From contig NC_057754.1 in assembly GCF_004010195.1 (NCBI RefSeq), positions 7,764,725 to 7,828,724 of the forward strand: DNA of 64,000 bases. The letters run 5' to 3'. Under the pieces are notes generated by a model, which was not told the DNA's origin, did no database searches, and saw nothing but the letters and a program-made list of their open reading frames with translations. The DNA is from Chiloscyllium plagiosum (Eukaryota). The translations under genes and the position numbers were made by a program. Below, piece after piece: positions 35,131-47,000 of the stretch (within the stretch, counting starts at the first letter, position 1; every line of letters starts with the position of its first letter).

Positions 35131-35814
35131 TAGCACCAACAAACGCTCCCCCACCCGCTCTTATAATCTGTTCTTGGTGCACCCCTTCGACACAAGCTAT
35201 GCAGACTATTTGTTCCCACATCGGTGTCACAACTGTCTTCCTTCCCTGGGACAATCCCGTAGCAAGGCGAACTACCAAAGGAAATACTCGCGGCCCTTTC
35301 ACTCAATCTTTGAAACCCACATCTGGGTGATGTGCGTTTTTTTTCCACCTCCCGTTATCAGGTCTGCCATCTCAGCGGATCATGTCCCCCCCAGGCCATT
35401 TAAAGGTTGATGGGACAGGGACCCTTGTCCCACCTCACCCAAAGCATTCTTGTTGTTCCTCTAATTTGGTGAAGCATCCCAAGGTGTTTGTTTTTGTTGG
35501 GATTGGGGGGGGAGGCGGGGGGAACATTAGGAGTAGTGACCAAAATCTCAGTCAATGACAGGAGCGTCCTTGAGGAGGAGGGAGAGGTGGAGGGGGGGGG
35601 GTGGGGGTGGTGAAGAGTGTTAGAAAGGGAATTCCAATTTTAGGCCCCAGAGGATCATACCATGATGCCCAATGGCTGTGCGAGCAGCACTGAGTGGGAC
35701 AAAATCAAGGTCTGGAGTAGTACAGGGATCTCACCTGAGGCTCCACAGACTCTGGGCCTGCTCAGTTTTCTGAGAGCTAACCTGTTGTTTCTCTTGCTTT
35801 GTTCCTTTTCCCAG

Positions 35815-35926
35815 TTTGAAGAGGAGAGTGTTACTGGACATACCTGTTCCTCAGGAGGTGCTTCTCTGTGGCTGGTTGGAAACTTTTAAGGACGAACGTA
35901 TTTGAAAACTCAGATCTGTGGAGAAG
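35815..35926 (+). other. Candidate non-coding (5' UTR) exon of the gene starting at ~22.1 kb
   Basis: Long polypyrimidine tract with branch-like gctaac ending ...ttttcccag, and donor AAG|GTGAGC. Non-repetitive; stops in all three frames. Confidence 0.55.
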
Positions 35927-36437
35927 GTGAGCATGATTTCCATGAATGGTTTCTGAGTCACAGATGCAGGTTTAATCGATATGCGGGTTAAAATGGAGCA
36001 AGGGAAACATTGATCCATCTGCATATAATGGTTTTATAAGCACAGAACTGAAGCATTCGACCCATTTTGCTTCTGCTATTGCTTTGTAATGGCTGTCTAA
36101 TTTAGCCCTGCACCCCAGCTTTCTCCCTAAAACATCCTTCAAGTACAGTTGCCCTCTTGAAAGTTCCTCTGGAGTTTGGTGTCCTGAGGGAAGAAAAATG
36201 GCTCTACTCATTTCACCCTTAGTTCTTTGGCCAGTTGCTCAAAATCCATAACTGACTACTTAATGACCTGTCTAGAGGCAACAGTTGCCTATCCCTGATT
36301 AATTAAAGCTCTTTATAATTTTGAACACCTCTTTGGTCTCCTGCCAGCCTCTAAGATAAGATTCTGATTGTCTGCTAACATCCCATAGTTCCTCATCCCT
36401 GGTAAATTTTATTTGCTGCCAGGCCAGCTCATTGATG

Positions 36438-37525
36438 TCATAGAGTCATGGAGATGTACAGCATGGAAATAGACCCGTTGGTCCAACTCGTCCATGCCTA
36501 CCAGATATCCCAACCTAATCTAGTTCCATTTGCCGGTATTTGGCCCAGGTCCCTCCAAACCCTTCCTATTCATATACCCATCCAGATACCTTTTAAATGC
36601 TGTTATTGTACCAACTTCCACCACTTCCTCTGTCAGCTCATTCCATACACGTACCACCCCAGGGAAAAGACTTTGTCTATTTCTCCTATCCAGGCCCCAC
36701 ATGATTTTATAAACCTCTACAAGGCCACCCCTCAGTTTCCGACTCTCCAGGGAAAACAGCCCCAGCCTGTTCAGCCTCTCCCTATAGCTCAAACCCCCCA
36801 ACCCTGGCAACATCCTCGTAAATCTTTTCTGAACCCTTTCAAGTTTCACAACATGCTTCTGATAGGAGAGAAACCAGAATTGCACACAATATTCCAGAAG
36901 TGGCCTCACCAATTTCCTTTACAGCTGCAACATGACCTCCCAACTCCTGTACGCAATACTCTGACCAATAAAGGAAAGCATACCAAACGCCTTCTTCACT
37001 ATCCTATCTACCTGCAACTCCACTTTCAAGGAACTATGAACCTGCACTCCAAGGTCTCTTTGTCCTCTTCCCCAGGACCTTACCATTAAGTGTATAAGTC
37101 CTGTTCTGATTTACTTTTCCAAAATGCAACAGCTCACATTTATCTAAATTAAACTCCATCTGCCACTCCTCAGCCCATTGGCCCATCTGGTCCAGATCCT
37201 GTTGTAATCTGAGGTAACCTTCTTCGCCGTCCACTACACCTCCAATTTTGGTGTCACCTGCAAACTTACTAGCATTCTTCCTAAGTTCACATCCAAATCA
37301 TTTATATAAATTACGAAAAGTAGACGACCCAGCACTGATCCTTGTGGCACTTCACTGGTCACAAGCCTTAGTTTGAAAAGCAACCCTCCACCACCACCCT
37401 CTGACATCTACCTTCGAGTCAGTTCTTTATCCAGATGGCTAGTTCCCCCTGTATTCCATGAGATCTAACCTTGCTAACCAGTCTCCCATGAGAAACCTTG
37501 TTGAATGTCTTACTGAAGTCCATCT
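36438..37525 (-). mobile_element. CR1/HER1-like LINE, ~1.1 kb 3' portion
   Basis: LVRPLLEYCVQFW...LERVQKRFTRMLPGL and LQQDLDQMGQWAEEWQMEFN. Confidence 0.92.
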
Positions 37526-37754
37526 AATTGAAGAAAACCTTCACAGACTCAGAGCTTTGCAACTTGATAGCAGTGAAGGCAGGACCATTGAATGTTCTGG
37601 GGGTAGGGGATAGATGAATTCTTCACTAACACTCTCATTGCTCATTAGCCTAGGCCCCTGGATTATTACCCTGTCATTGGTGAAAGGCAAGTGGAAAAGT
37701 AGATTTGACGCTCCTATCAGATTAGCCATGATCTTATTGCATGATGGAATGAGC

Positions 37755-38180
37755 AGCATGGTGGCTTTGGGTAAGCATTGCTGACTCACAGCACCAGGGA
37801 CCTGGGGGACTGTCTATGTCCAGTTTGCATGTTTCTTCCCCCCCCCCCCCGTCTGCACGGATTTCTGCTGGGTGCTCTGGAGTCCTCCCACAGTCCAAAG
37901 GTGTGTAGGTTAGGGTGGATTGGCTGTGCTAAATTGTCCCATAGTGCCCAGGAATGTGCAGATTAGGGTGGATTGGCCATGCTAAATTGTCCCATAGTGC
38001 CCAGGGATGTGCAGGTTAGGGTGGATTGGCCGTGCTAAATTGTCCCATAGTGTCCAGGGATGTGCAGACGAGGTGGGTTAATGCAAAGTTACAAGGACAG
38101 GGTGCTATGCTCTTCGAAGGGTCAGTGCAGACTCGATGGGCCAAATGGCCTCATTCCCCGCTGCAGGGATTTTATGATGC
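37755..38180 (+). mobile_element. HE1-type V-SINE with three internal 53-bp units
   Basis: Repeated ttagggtggattggc..gctaaattgtcccatagtg. Confidence 0.8.
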
Positions 38181-40799
38181 TGTGTTTATGGGACCAATCC
38201 ACCTATTTTTGCACCTCGTGTACGTTTGCATGTAGAAATATTTCAGGGGAAGGAACTTGCAGACCTTTACTGCTCTTTCTGTGAAGTAATGAATGTTCAA
38301 GTCACTAGTTTCCTTTAGTTTTATCTCTGCTCTGCACCTTTGATTGCTCAGTATTGGGTATCTAGGGGAAAAACAGCACATTTTATTGGGGTTTGTTAAG
38401 CTGTTTGTTTCTGTGACCACTTCATTAGAAATGATTCTGGCTTTGAAATCAGGGCCGCCCAATAGATTTTTAGGGCTAGATACACAACAACCTTTTACTC
38501 TCGATCTCTAATCTGTGTAGAAACACCTTTCGCGCAACGCAGATAAATGTACTTTAAATGTGTGTATTTGCTTATCGAAGATCTCCCACTGTTTTATAAC
38601 CAAACACAGTTCTCGCAACATTTGCAGTCTGATTTTCACTTTACCATTTGACCAACAAATGTACCGAGCAAGCTCGCATACCCACTGTACAATAAACATA
38701 TGGAGGTCCATGGATTAATTCGGGAATGCCAGAGCGGTTATGAATTTGACCAGGAGCCAGAAAGCAAAGGGGTAATCGTTCCTTTACAGGCTAGATTGGA
38801 TGACAATCCCGGGGTGTTTCCCCACTGCTGTGCAGTTGGACTGCTGCCCTTTGTAACATACATTAATGACCTAGACTTGGCTACCATTCTCCCTTTAGGG
38901 GCCACGTTCTGAAATGGCGTTTGCGGCCACTGACTACTGCATTGGTTCTTGGCTTAGCTCGGCTAAGAACCTACAGCGGTTCACTGCTGTCTTCTGCAGT
39001 TGGTTGACCAGGAATCCCTCCGGCTCTTGACCGCGTGTGTTGGAAGGATTTCCAAGTTAACACTCAACTGGGGAAGGTGGTGGTGGTGGTAGTTTAGTGG
39101 TGATGCCACTGGACTAGAATCTTCTCAAAACTCCCTATGCCACTGGAGTAGAATCCAAAGTTAATGTTCTGGGGACCTGGGTCCAGATCCCAGCATGGCA
39201 CAGGGTGAAACTTGAATTCAGTAAAAGTCTGAATTAAAGAGACTAGCCCAATGTTGATTATTGTACAATAAGTAAAATGTCTGGTAATGTCATTTCGGGA
39301 AGGAAATGTACCCTCCTTACCTGTTTGCGCTCCACATTGCTCCACAAAGTCTGAACTGACCTCGGGAATTAGCAATGGGTAATAAATGTTGACTGTGTCA
39401 GCAACCATCCGTGTGTCGTGAATGAATAACAAAGCAGAATCACCGCCGTTTAAAATGGCTGAGCTAACCACTTTCAAGTCCAGTTCATGGTGGGCAATAT
39501 GCCTATATTTCACGAGTGAATAATTTTTAAAGATCCTGATGTTATTTTGCTGTCGGCCTTCAATTTATTGTAAACCATTCAAAGTATTTTTGGTTTGATG
39601 AATGAGGTGACCGCATAGAGGAGGCCTCAGGGACGTTGTGATGCCTCAGTGGTTAGCGGCCTCGCAGTGCCTGGGGCCCAGGGTCGATTCCAGCCTCTGG
39701 CGACTGTCTAGTGTCAAGTTTACATGTTCTCCCTGTGTCTGTGTGGGTTTCCTCACGGGTGCACTGGTTTCCTTCTACAATCAAAGATGTTGGTTGGATT
39801 GGCCATGCTAAATTGCCCTGTAGTGTCCGGTGATGTGCACACTAGATGGGTTAACTGTGGGAAATGGGGAGATGCGATGGGGGTGGGGGTGGTTTGGGTG
39901 TTGCTGCAGGGTCTGGGTGGAATGCTGTTTGTGCAACTTGATGGGCCAAACAGCCTGTTTCTGCAGAATAGGGATTCAATGATGGTAGGGCAAACCATGC
40001 TTTTGATTGGATTGATGAGCTGAGAAGGGTTAAGGGTCACAGGAGGAGCTTGTTGCATGTATTGCCCTCCAGGGTGAGACTGAAATCATTGGCAGCTTTA
40101 GTCAAGGGGAGAGTTAGATTAAAAATGTTTGACTTGGCAATGTATTAGCCGAGATGCAACAAGGAGCCAGTTGTGGTGGTACTTGAGAACTGAAACCGAT
40201 GTTGTTTCAACGGAAATAAAACCTGCAGCCTGTGATGCTGAACTGGTCTGAGATTGGATACCTAACTGAGCTGTGTGTATATTGCTGGCAGAACGGCTAA
40301 AGAAGATCTCACAGAGCAAACGCCATGCTCATTGCAGCATTTTCTGGTCAAACAAGTCTTGCCGTCTCTCCCCGTAGCCAGATGGACAATGATGGCTTGA
40401 TTCCAGAATTCTTGTTGCATTTGAAACTGAAATCGGAGTAACGTGTGATCAGACTCTGGTAATGCAAAAAATGTCATCATAAGGGCTGTCTGTATGTCAC
40501 GTTGCCTTTACTTCCTACAGTACACAGTCGACTCAGTAGGTAGCACTGTTGTTCCGAATCACAACGTCTTGGGTTCAAATCTCACTCCACGGTTGGAGTG
40601 CTTACTAACCAAGGCTAGCACTCGGGCGTATGCCAAAGATCGCATGGCATTAATTTCAAGGTTGGCACGGGAGCTCTCCCTGGGATCCTATCCAATATCA
40701 ATCCCTCAAATCAGCAACATAAAGTCCTGGAATACCCGGTCGTCTTACTCTCATTATTAACCACATTCGTGACTGTAAATGTAGGTGGAGAACGGATGT

Positions 40800-42190
40800 T
40801 TGATTGTGATTCTCAGAAGCAGGATTGAATATAACAGCAAAAAGGTTACGGTTCACCGACATGGGTCATTGGTGAGGGTGCATTTGGAGGAATATACACT
40901 GTATTGGTCATCTCGCATATGGAAGGATGTAAATGCTTGGAAGATGCTCAGAAGAAGTTTATTAGACAAGTACCTGAAAATAGGGGTGGTGGCTTATAAG
41001 GAGAGGTTAGACAGGCTACACTTGTATTAGGTGGAGCTCTGAAGACTAAGAGGCAACTTTATTGTAACATATCAGATCCTGAGGGGGTCTAGACAAGATG
41101 GAATCTCTTCTGGGAGATTCGAGAACTCTGGGTGTTCGTTTCAAGCTCAAGGGTCACCCATTTAAAACACAGATAAGACCTTGAGACACACGGGTGGAAG
41201 TGAGGCCATTCGGCCCATTGAGTCCACTCTGTCATTCGATCGTGGCTGATGGGCATTTCAACGCCACTTACCTGCACTCTCCCCGTAGCCTGTAATTCGT
41301 TGCGAGATCAAGAATTTATCAATCTCTGCCTTGAAGACATTTAACGTCCCGGCCTCCACTGCGCTCCGTGGGATAAGATGGCAACTTTTTCATGTAGAGC
41401 GTTGTCAGTCTTTGAAACTGTCTTGCTCAAAAGGTGTTGGAAGTAGAGTCTTTGAATGTTTTCTTGATGAGCAAGGGGATGAAAGATGATCAGGGATAGG
41501 TGCGAATGTGAAATAATCAGATCACCCATAGGCAGGCCTGAGAGGCTGAGTGAATTTCTTCTCCTTCCTCATCCATACTACATTGAAACAGGCCCTTTGG
41601 CCCAACTTGTCCTTGCCACCCAGTTTTCACAATGAATCGAGTCCCATTTGACTGTGTTTGGTCCATATCCCTCCATGTCTATCCCATCCTGTCCAAATGT
41701 TTCTTAAATGACAAAGTTATACTTGCTTCCACCACCACCTCTGGCAGCCCATCCCAGACCCTCACCACCCTCTGTTTGGAGAACATTGCCCCTCTCCCCT
41801 TGAACATATGCCCTCGAGCTTTAGACTCTCGCCATGTTGGCAAGCTGTTGGCTATCTACACTATCTGTGCCTCATATGATTTTATACACCTTTAAAAGGT
41901 CACCCCTCAGCCTCCTACACTCCAGGGGGAAAGAAGTTCCAGCTCATCCAGCCTCTCCTTATAACTCAAACCTAGTCCAGGTAACATCCTAGAAAGTTTT
42001 TTTCGTCATTCTTTCGAGTTTGCTACTATACTTTCTACAGTCGAGTAACCAGAATTGTAGACAGTACTCCAAATGGTGGTCATACTAACATCTTGTACAG
42101 CTGCAGCAAGACAGCCCAACTCCTAGACTCCGTGCTCTGACTGATGAAAGCAGGCATGCAGAAAGCTGCCTTCACCAGCTGGTCTCTCTG
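40800..42190. mobile_element. Cluster of decayed CR1-like fragments on both strands
   Basis: LVRVHLEEYTLYWS...YKERLDRL on +; CR1 tails on - at about 41185-41370 and 41580-42190. Confidence 0.7.
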
Positions 42191-43295
42191 TCACTCTGCT
42201 TTCGAGAAGTAGCTTTGTATGTAAAGGAATTGGCGGTGTTTGTAGCAGTGTCTACACATCGCGCTTTACCCCATTAATACCATCAGGAGCATGGAAAGAA
42301 AGGCTTGTATTTAGACCGCCCTTAGAAGGGCTTCCGCAGTGAGTCACTTTGAGGTATGGTGACAGGTTACACAGGCACTCTATATTGGGATCGCGTTGGA
42401 AAGGGAGTCTGCTGAGTGAACTGAGCTAGTTGACTTGGTCCAAAGTGAAACCTGAGGTTTATGCCAATGGTACTTGTCCCTTACTCTGTTGTTCATTCAC
42501 CCTGGTAGGTCACCACTGATACCTGGGGAAAGCACCATGCAGCTCCCCATTTGGGATAGTGCCTTTTATGACCTGCCTGACCCGCCAGAGCATTTTAAAG
42601 GAAGTGTGCCAACCAAATTGCACACAGCTAGCTTCCCGGTACATCGATATGGTGCTGGCCAGCTTCTCTGAACTCCTGTGCCCATCTGCCAGGGCCTGTG
42701 ATCTTTCAGTTGAGTGGGAGAGTCCAGACAAGGCCTCAAAGTTTAGCGTTTCCTCCAAAACGCAGCACGTCTGATGCCTCAGCACTCCTTGAGCAGTCTT
42801 GGAAATGAATACTTGGCTCACGGACTCAAGTCGCCAGAGTGGGGCTGGAACCCGCAGCTTTCTGATCCACAGATGAGAGAGAGGGGGAGGGCGCCAACTA
42901 TTCATGCCTGGCTGACTGTTGACAGAGTCGAGAGTGCGGTGCTGGAAAAGCACAGTGGGTCAGGCAGCATCCGAGGAGCAGGAGAATCGACGTTTTGGGC
43001 AATCGGCCTTTCATCTGGAGTCTACATTCCTAATGAAGGGCGTATGCCCAAAACATCCACTCTCCTGCTCCTCGTATGCTGCCTGACCTGCTGTGCTTTT
43101 CCAGCGCCACACCTTTTTGACTATAAATCCAAAAACTCAACTAATTTCTGGGGACCTGCATTCAAATCCTACCACAGCTCATTCCTCATGTGTCAGGCAA
43201 GAGTGTTGAGGTGTTGAAGACCTTGAAATGTTGAACCTGGTGGATGGGGTGCCAATCAAGTTGGACTACTTTGTGTTGTTGGAGCTGCCCTTATT

Positions 43296-43852
43296 CTGTC
43301 TCTCTCTTTCTCTGTCTGTCTCTCCTCTCGCACACGCGCGCACACACGTTCTTTGTGACCTTCTCTTCTGCAGCCCACATTTCTAGTCCTTATCTTCCAT
43401 TGAAAGAATCGACACTTGACTCTGGAGCTTGGGGTCAGGGTTAGTGGGTGTATTCTGTCACCCTCCTGATTTGTGCCGTGTGGATGATGGATTGACTTTG
43501 GGGGAGGTGGGAGATGAGTTAGTCGCCACAGAATTCCTACTCTCTGACCTGCTGTTGGAACCGCTGTATCTCTGCGTTTGTCAACAGTAATCACTGAGGT
43601 AGAATGTGATGGCTGAAGATGTTTTATTCATGATTATGTGATGGCTGAAGAGGGAGAGACAGAGATCTGAAGATAGGCTGAAATAGTGAGCAAGGAGTGA
43701 AGGCATTCATCTCCAAATGTATGTGCTGCAAAAAGGCTCCCTCAGAATGGCTAATGCACTGGACACTTTTAAACTGGACTGTGTGACTACAGTGTGCTGG
43801 AGGGGATCAGCTCCCTGTTTCAAAGCGATATTCTCTGCTCTGTCTCTCTCTC

Positions 43853-43885
<33 letters not shown>

Positions 43886-44034
43886 CTCTCTGTCTCTCTC
43901 TGTCTCTCTCTGTCTCTCCTCTCGCACACGCGCGCACACACGTTCTTTGTGACCTTCTCTTCTGCAGCCCACATTTCTGGTCCTTATCTCCCATTGAAAG
44001 AATCGACACTTGACTCTGGAGCTTGGGGTCAGGG
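43296..44034. repeat. Direct repeat of ~140 bp (43296-43440 and about 43890-44034)
   Basis: ctcgcacacgcgcgcacacacgttctttgtg...gcttggggtcaggg occurs twice, offset 594 bp, with 2 visible mismatches. Confidence 0.9.
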
Positions 44035-47000
44035 GCTGACTGTCAGATAGTGGAGGATTTATCTAGCTGCACCTTCCTAACATGTGGCGGGGCTGAATTT
44101 GAGCTGAAATGCTGATTCACTTCATGCCGTGAGTTGTTCTTCAACAATTGTGCTGTACTCGAGCTGCTCAGCGACATTTAGGAGGAGTTTGTAAGACTCT
44201 TTATTTTTAATGCTTTCATGCAGTGCAGGCGTCACAAGCGACACCAGCCCTTTTTTTTAACCCATCCCTTCACTGAGCTGAGGTCATTTCAAAGTTTCCA
44301 CCCCATTGCTGTCGGTCTGAAGTCACATGCAGGCCAGACCAGGTAAGGACGACAGATTTCCTTCCTTAAAGGGACGCTAATGGACCAGATGAGTTTTTCG
44401 GACAGTCAGCGATGGTTGTCAGAGCCCCCATCAGCAATTTGGACAAAGTGAGCGTTTGTACAGCAGCACTCAGGTTAAGCACCACGCAACAAACTCATGT
44501 CTTTTGAATTGAATCGAATGAGCTTCATTGTCACATATACTCAAATGAGTGCAGTGAAAAGTTTACAAGTCGCCACTGACGGCGCCATTTTAGGTACAAG
44601 GTACCCAGGTGCACATTCTTCAGTACAACTTCTTACGGGGGAAAGAAAAAGTCAAATAAAGAAATTAAAAGGTCCGGCGTGGAATAGGAATAAATGAGAA
44701 AAGTAGAGAAATAAAATGCTCAGAATAACAGTCTTTCCAATCCAGTCCATGCTGGCACCTTGCCTCCAGTCCGCACTGGGCATTGAATCGCTTCAAGACT
44801 GGAAGTCCACACTGAGGCCACACTGGGTTGAAAGAGTGCCTTGGGTGGCCGAGAGACCATCATTCCGGGCCAATAGGACGCCAGGCTGAGCCGAGGGTGT
44901 GTCTCGCTGAGCCGGGAGGACACCAGGCTGAGTCGAGGGGACACCTCGCCAGGTCAGTGCTGAGGCTGAGAATCCAAGTCTGTGCTAGGGTCGGGAGTCC
45001 GTGATTTTGTTGCAGACTGTCATTTCCACTTGAAGAGTCGGAAGCTCCTGGGGTCCAGCCCCGTTCCTGTAATCCAAGCCAGTAGGCCCAGCCCAGAAAT
45101 GGAGGAGGGCTGAACTGTTAAAGGTGTGAATTTGACACACATCGTTCAACAGGGGACTTGGGACAGAAGGTCCCAAGGGTTCTATGAGGAAAAGAGTGGG
45201 GGGGGGGATGTTATCTGATGTGTCCTGACCCATGTTTTTGTAGGATTTGGAGGTTGATAATTAACCTGCTTTGTCACATTTTGGTCATGTATAGGCACTG
45301 AGGGATTTGAAGGTAAGGGGTAAGATTTGGAGGAGGAAAATGTTCTTCTCTGAGGGCGGCGAATCTTCAGAGCTCACTCTTCCTCGGAGCTTGGTGGAGG
45401 TGTGGTCACTGAGTGCTTTTGATGTTGTTGGATTCAAACATGGGAGTCTGGTGGCGTGGCAGGGCGAGGTGAGAGTGTGGAGCAGAGGCCACACTCCAGC
45501 CAAGTTGTGACAGCCGGTTTAAAGGACCCAAGTGCTCAACTCTGCATTGGTGGTTCGTCTGTTTGCACAAACCTTGGCCATTGGTGACTGGGGGGGGGGT
45601 CTCGGAGCTGGACCTGGACCCTGTGGGCCACTGCACCAGGCGGCCCTGTGTCTGGCAGTCTCTGGATTGACATAAGTCTAGGACCGAGAGCTCAGAAGAC
45701 CTGGATGCTCTCGCTGCAGTGCTGCAAGACAGGCTTTCAGGTGATCATTTGATGTTTTTTTCAGGTTTACCTGAGTCACACAGCATCCATGAGTCATGGG
45801 AGACAGACATGCACACAGAAGGACCGCAAACAGCTCACACCCTGTGTTTCTCTACCAGTGACATGCTCTAAGCAGCACCGTTTAGTGGCTTGCCCACCTA
45901 CCTTCCATCCCTCCCTGTTCAGATACGCCCCCCCCCCCCCGTCACTGCCACTGCCACATCCCCCCCAACCCAATGAGTATTACTATTGAATTCTTGCTCT
46001 GGGACAAAGTGGATGCTGATGAGTAGACATTCCAGCTTCAGTTGAGGTGGTGACAAGTGCCGGTGTAACTCGAGATTTATCAATAAATAACAAAGGGCTT
46101 GAAATCCAATCCAGTTGCAACCTTGTAAAGTGCAGTGCCCGCCAGTTATCGGCTGCTAAATTCCACTATCATGGGAGTCACTGGAGGTTTAAAGTACGTT
46201 TCTGTTATAGTCTTTTGGTTACTACTTCCTAAACTCTGTTCTACCCACGACACTGTTTTAACGGCTTGGACTTTTTGTGGCTGCAGAGTGAAAGTTACTC
46301 TGTTTGACCGGAGGGAAAAGTCTAAGACCCTTTTCTTACACCGATCAAAATTCACACTCCGGACTGCTGTCTTCTCTCTACATGCCTCCCTGTCTCCCTC
46401 CATCTGTCTGTCTTTCTGTCCCTCTCTCTCTCTCTCTCCGTCTCCATCCCTTTCTCTCTGTCTCCCTCCCATTCTCTCTCTGTCTCCCCGTGTCTCTGTC
46501 TCACTTCTCAATCGCTTCCAACACCCTGCCTCCTCTCTCAGCCTGCCGTGGACAGCCTCCCTTTCCCCAACAGGACAGTTTGAACCTCTGCTTGGCAGGA
46601 CAAGTGGTAGGAAGCCCCCCCCCACATCCCAAAGCAAATATTACTTGGCACTGATTAGCTCACGCCTTGATGTTGCCTCAATCTTGCTGAATATTGACAT
46701 GGGAATAGTACAATTAACAAAATACGAAAAAGGTGTCTCTGGTTTGTGCTGAATTACAAACTTGCATTGACTTGGCTTTTCCAATTTCCCATGTCTCTGT
46801 TGTCTTCAAATGATCTATCTCTGACTCTTTCCTGCACTGTCTCCATTTATGGTGATAGGCTGTCACTGAATATTCCGTATAATCCCACTGACTTCCACAG
46901 TTCCTTGGACAACATTTTAATTCCCAAAATTGAATTGTTTTGATGTTCTTCCGTTTTCTTTCAGGATTCCCTTGCATTCTGCTATTTCTGCACCTCTGTT

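Noticed and set aside
35815..35926. Selenoprotein exon idea (frame open apart from one TGA)
   Set aside because: No upstream start, no recognisable selenoprotein motif and no SECIS evidence.
36448..37089. 213-aa + strand ORF
   Set aside because: Antisense frame of a CR1 LINE.
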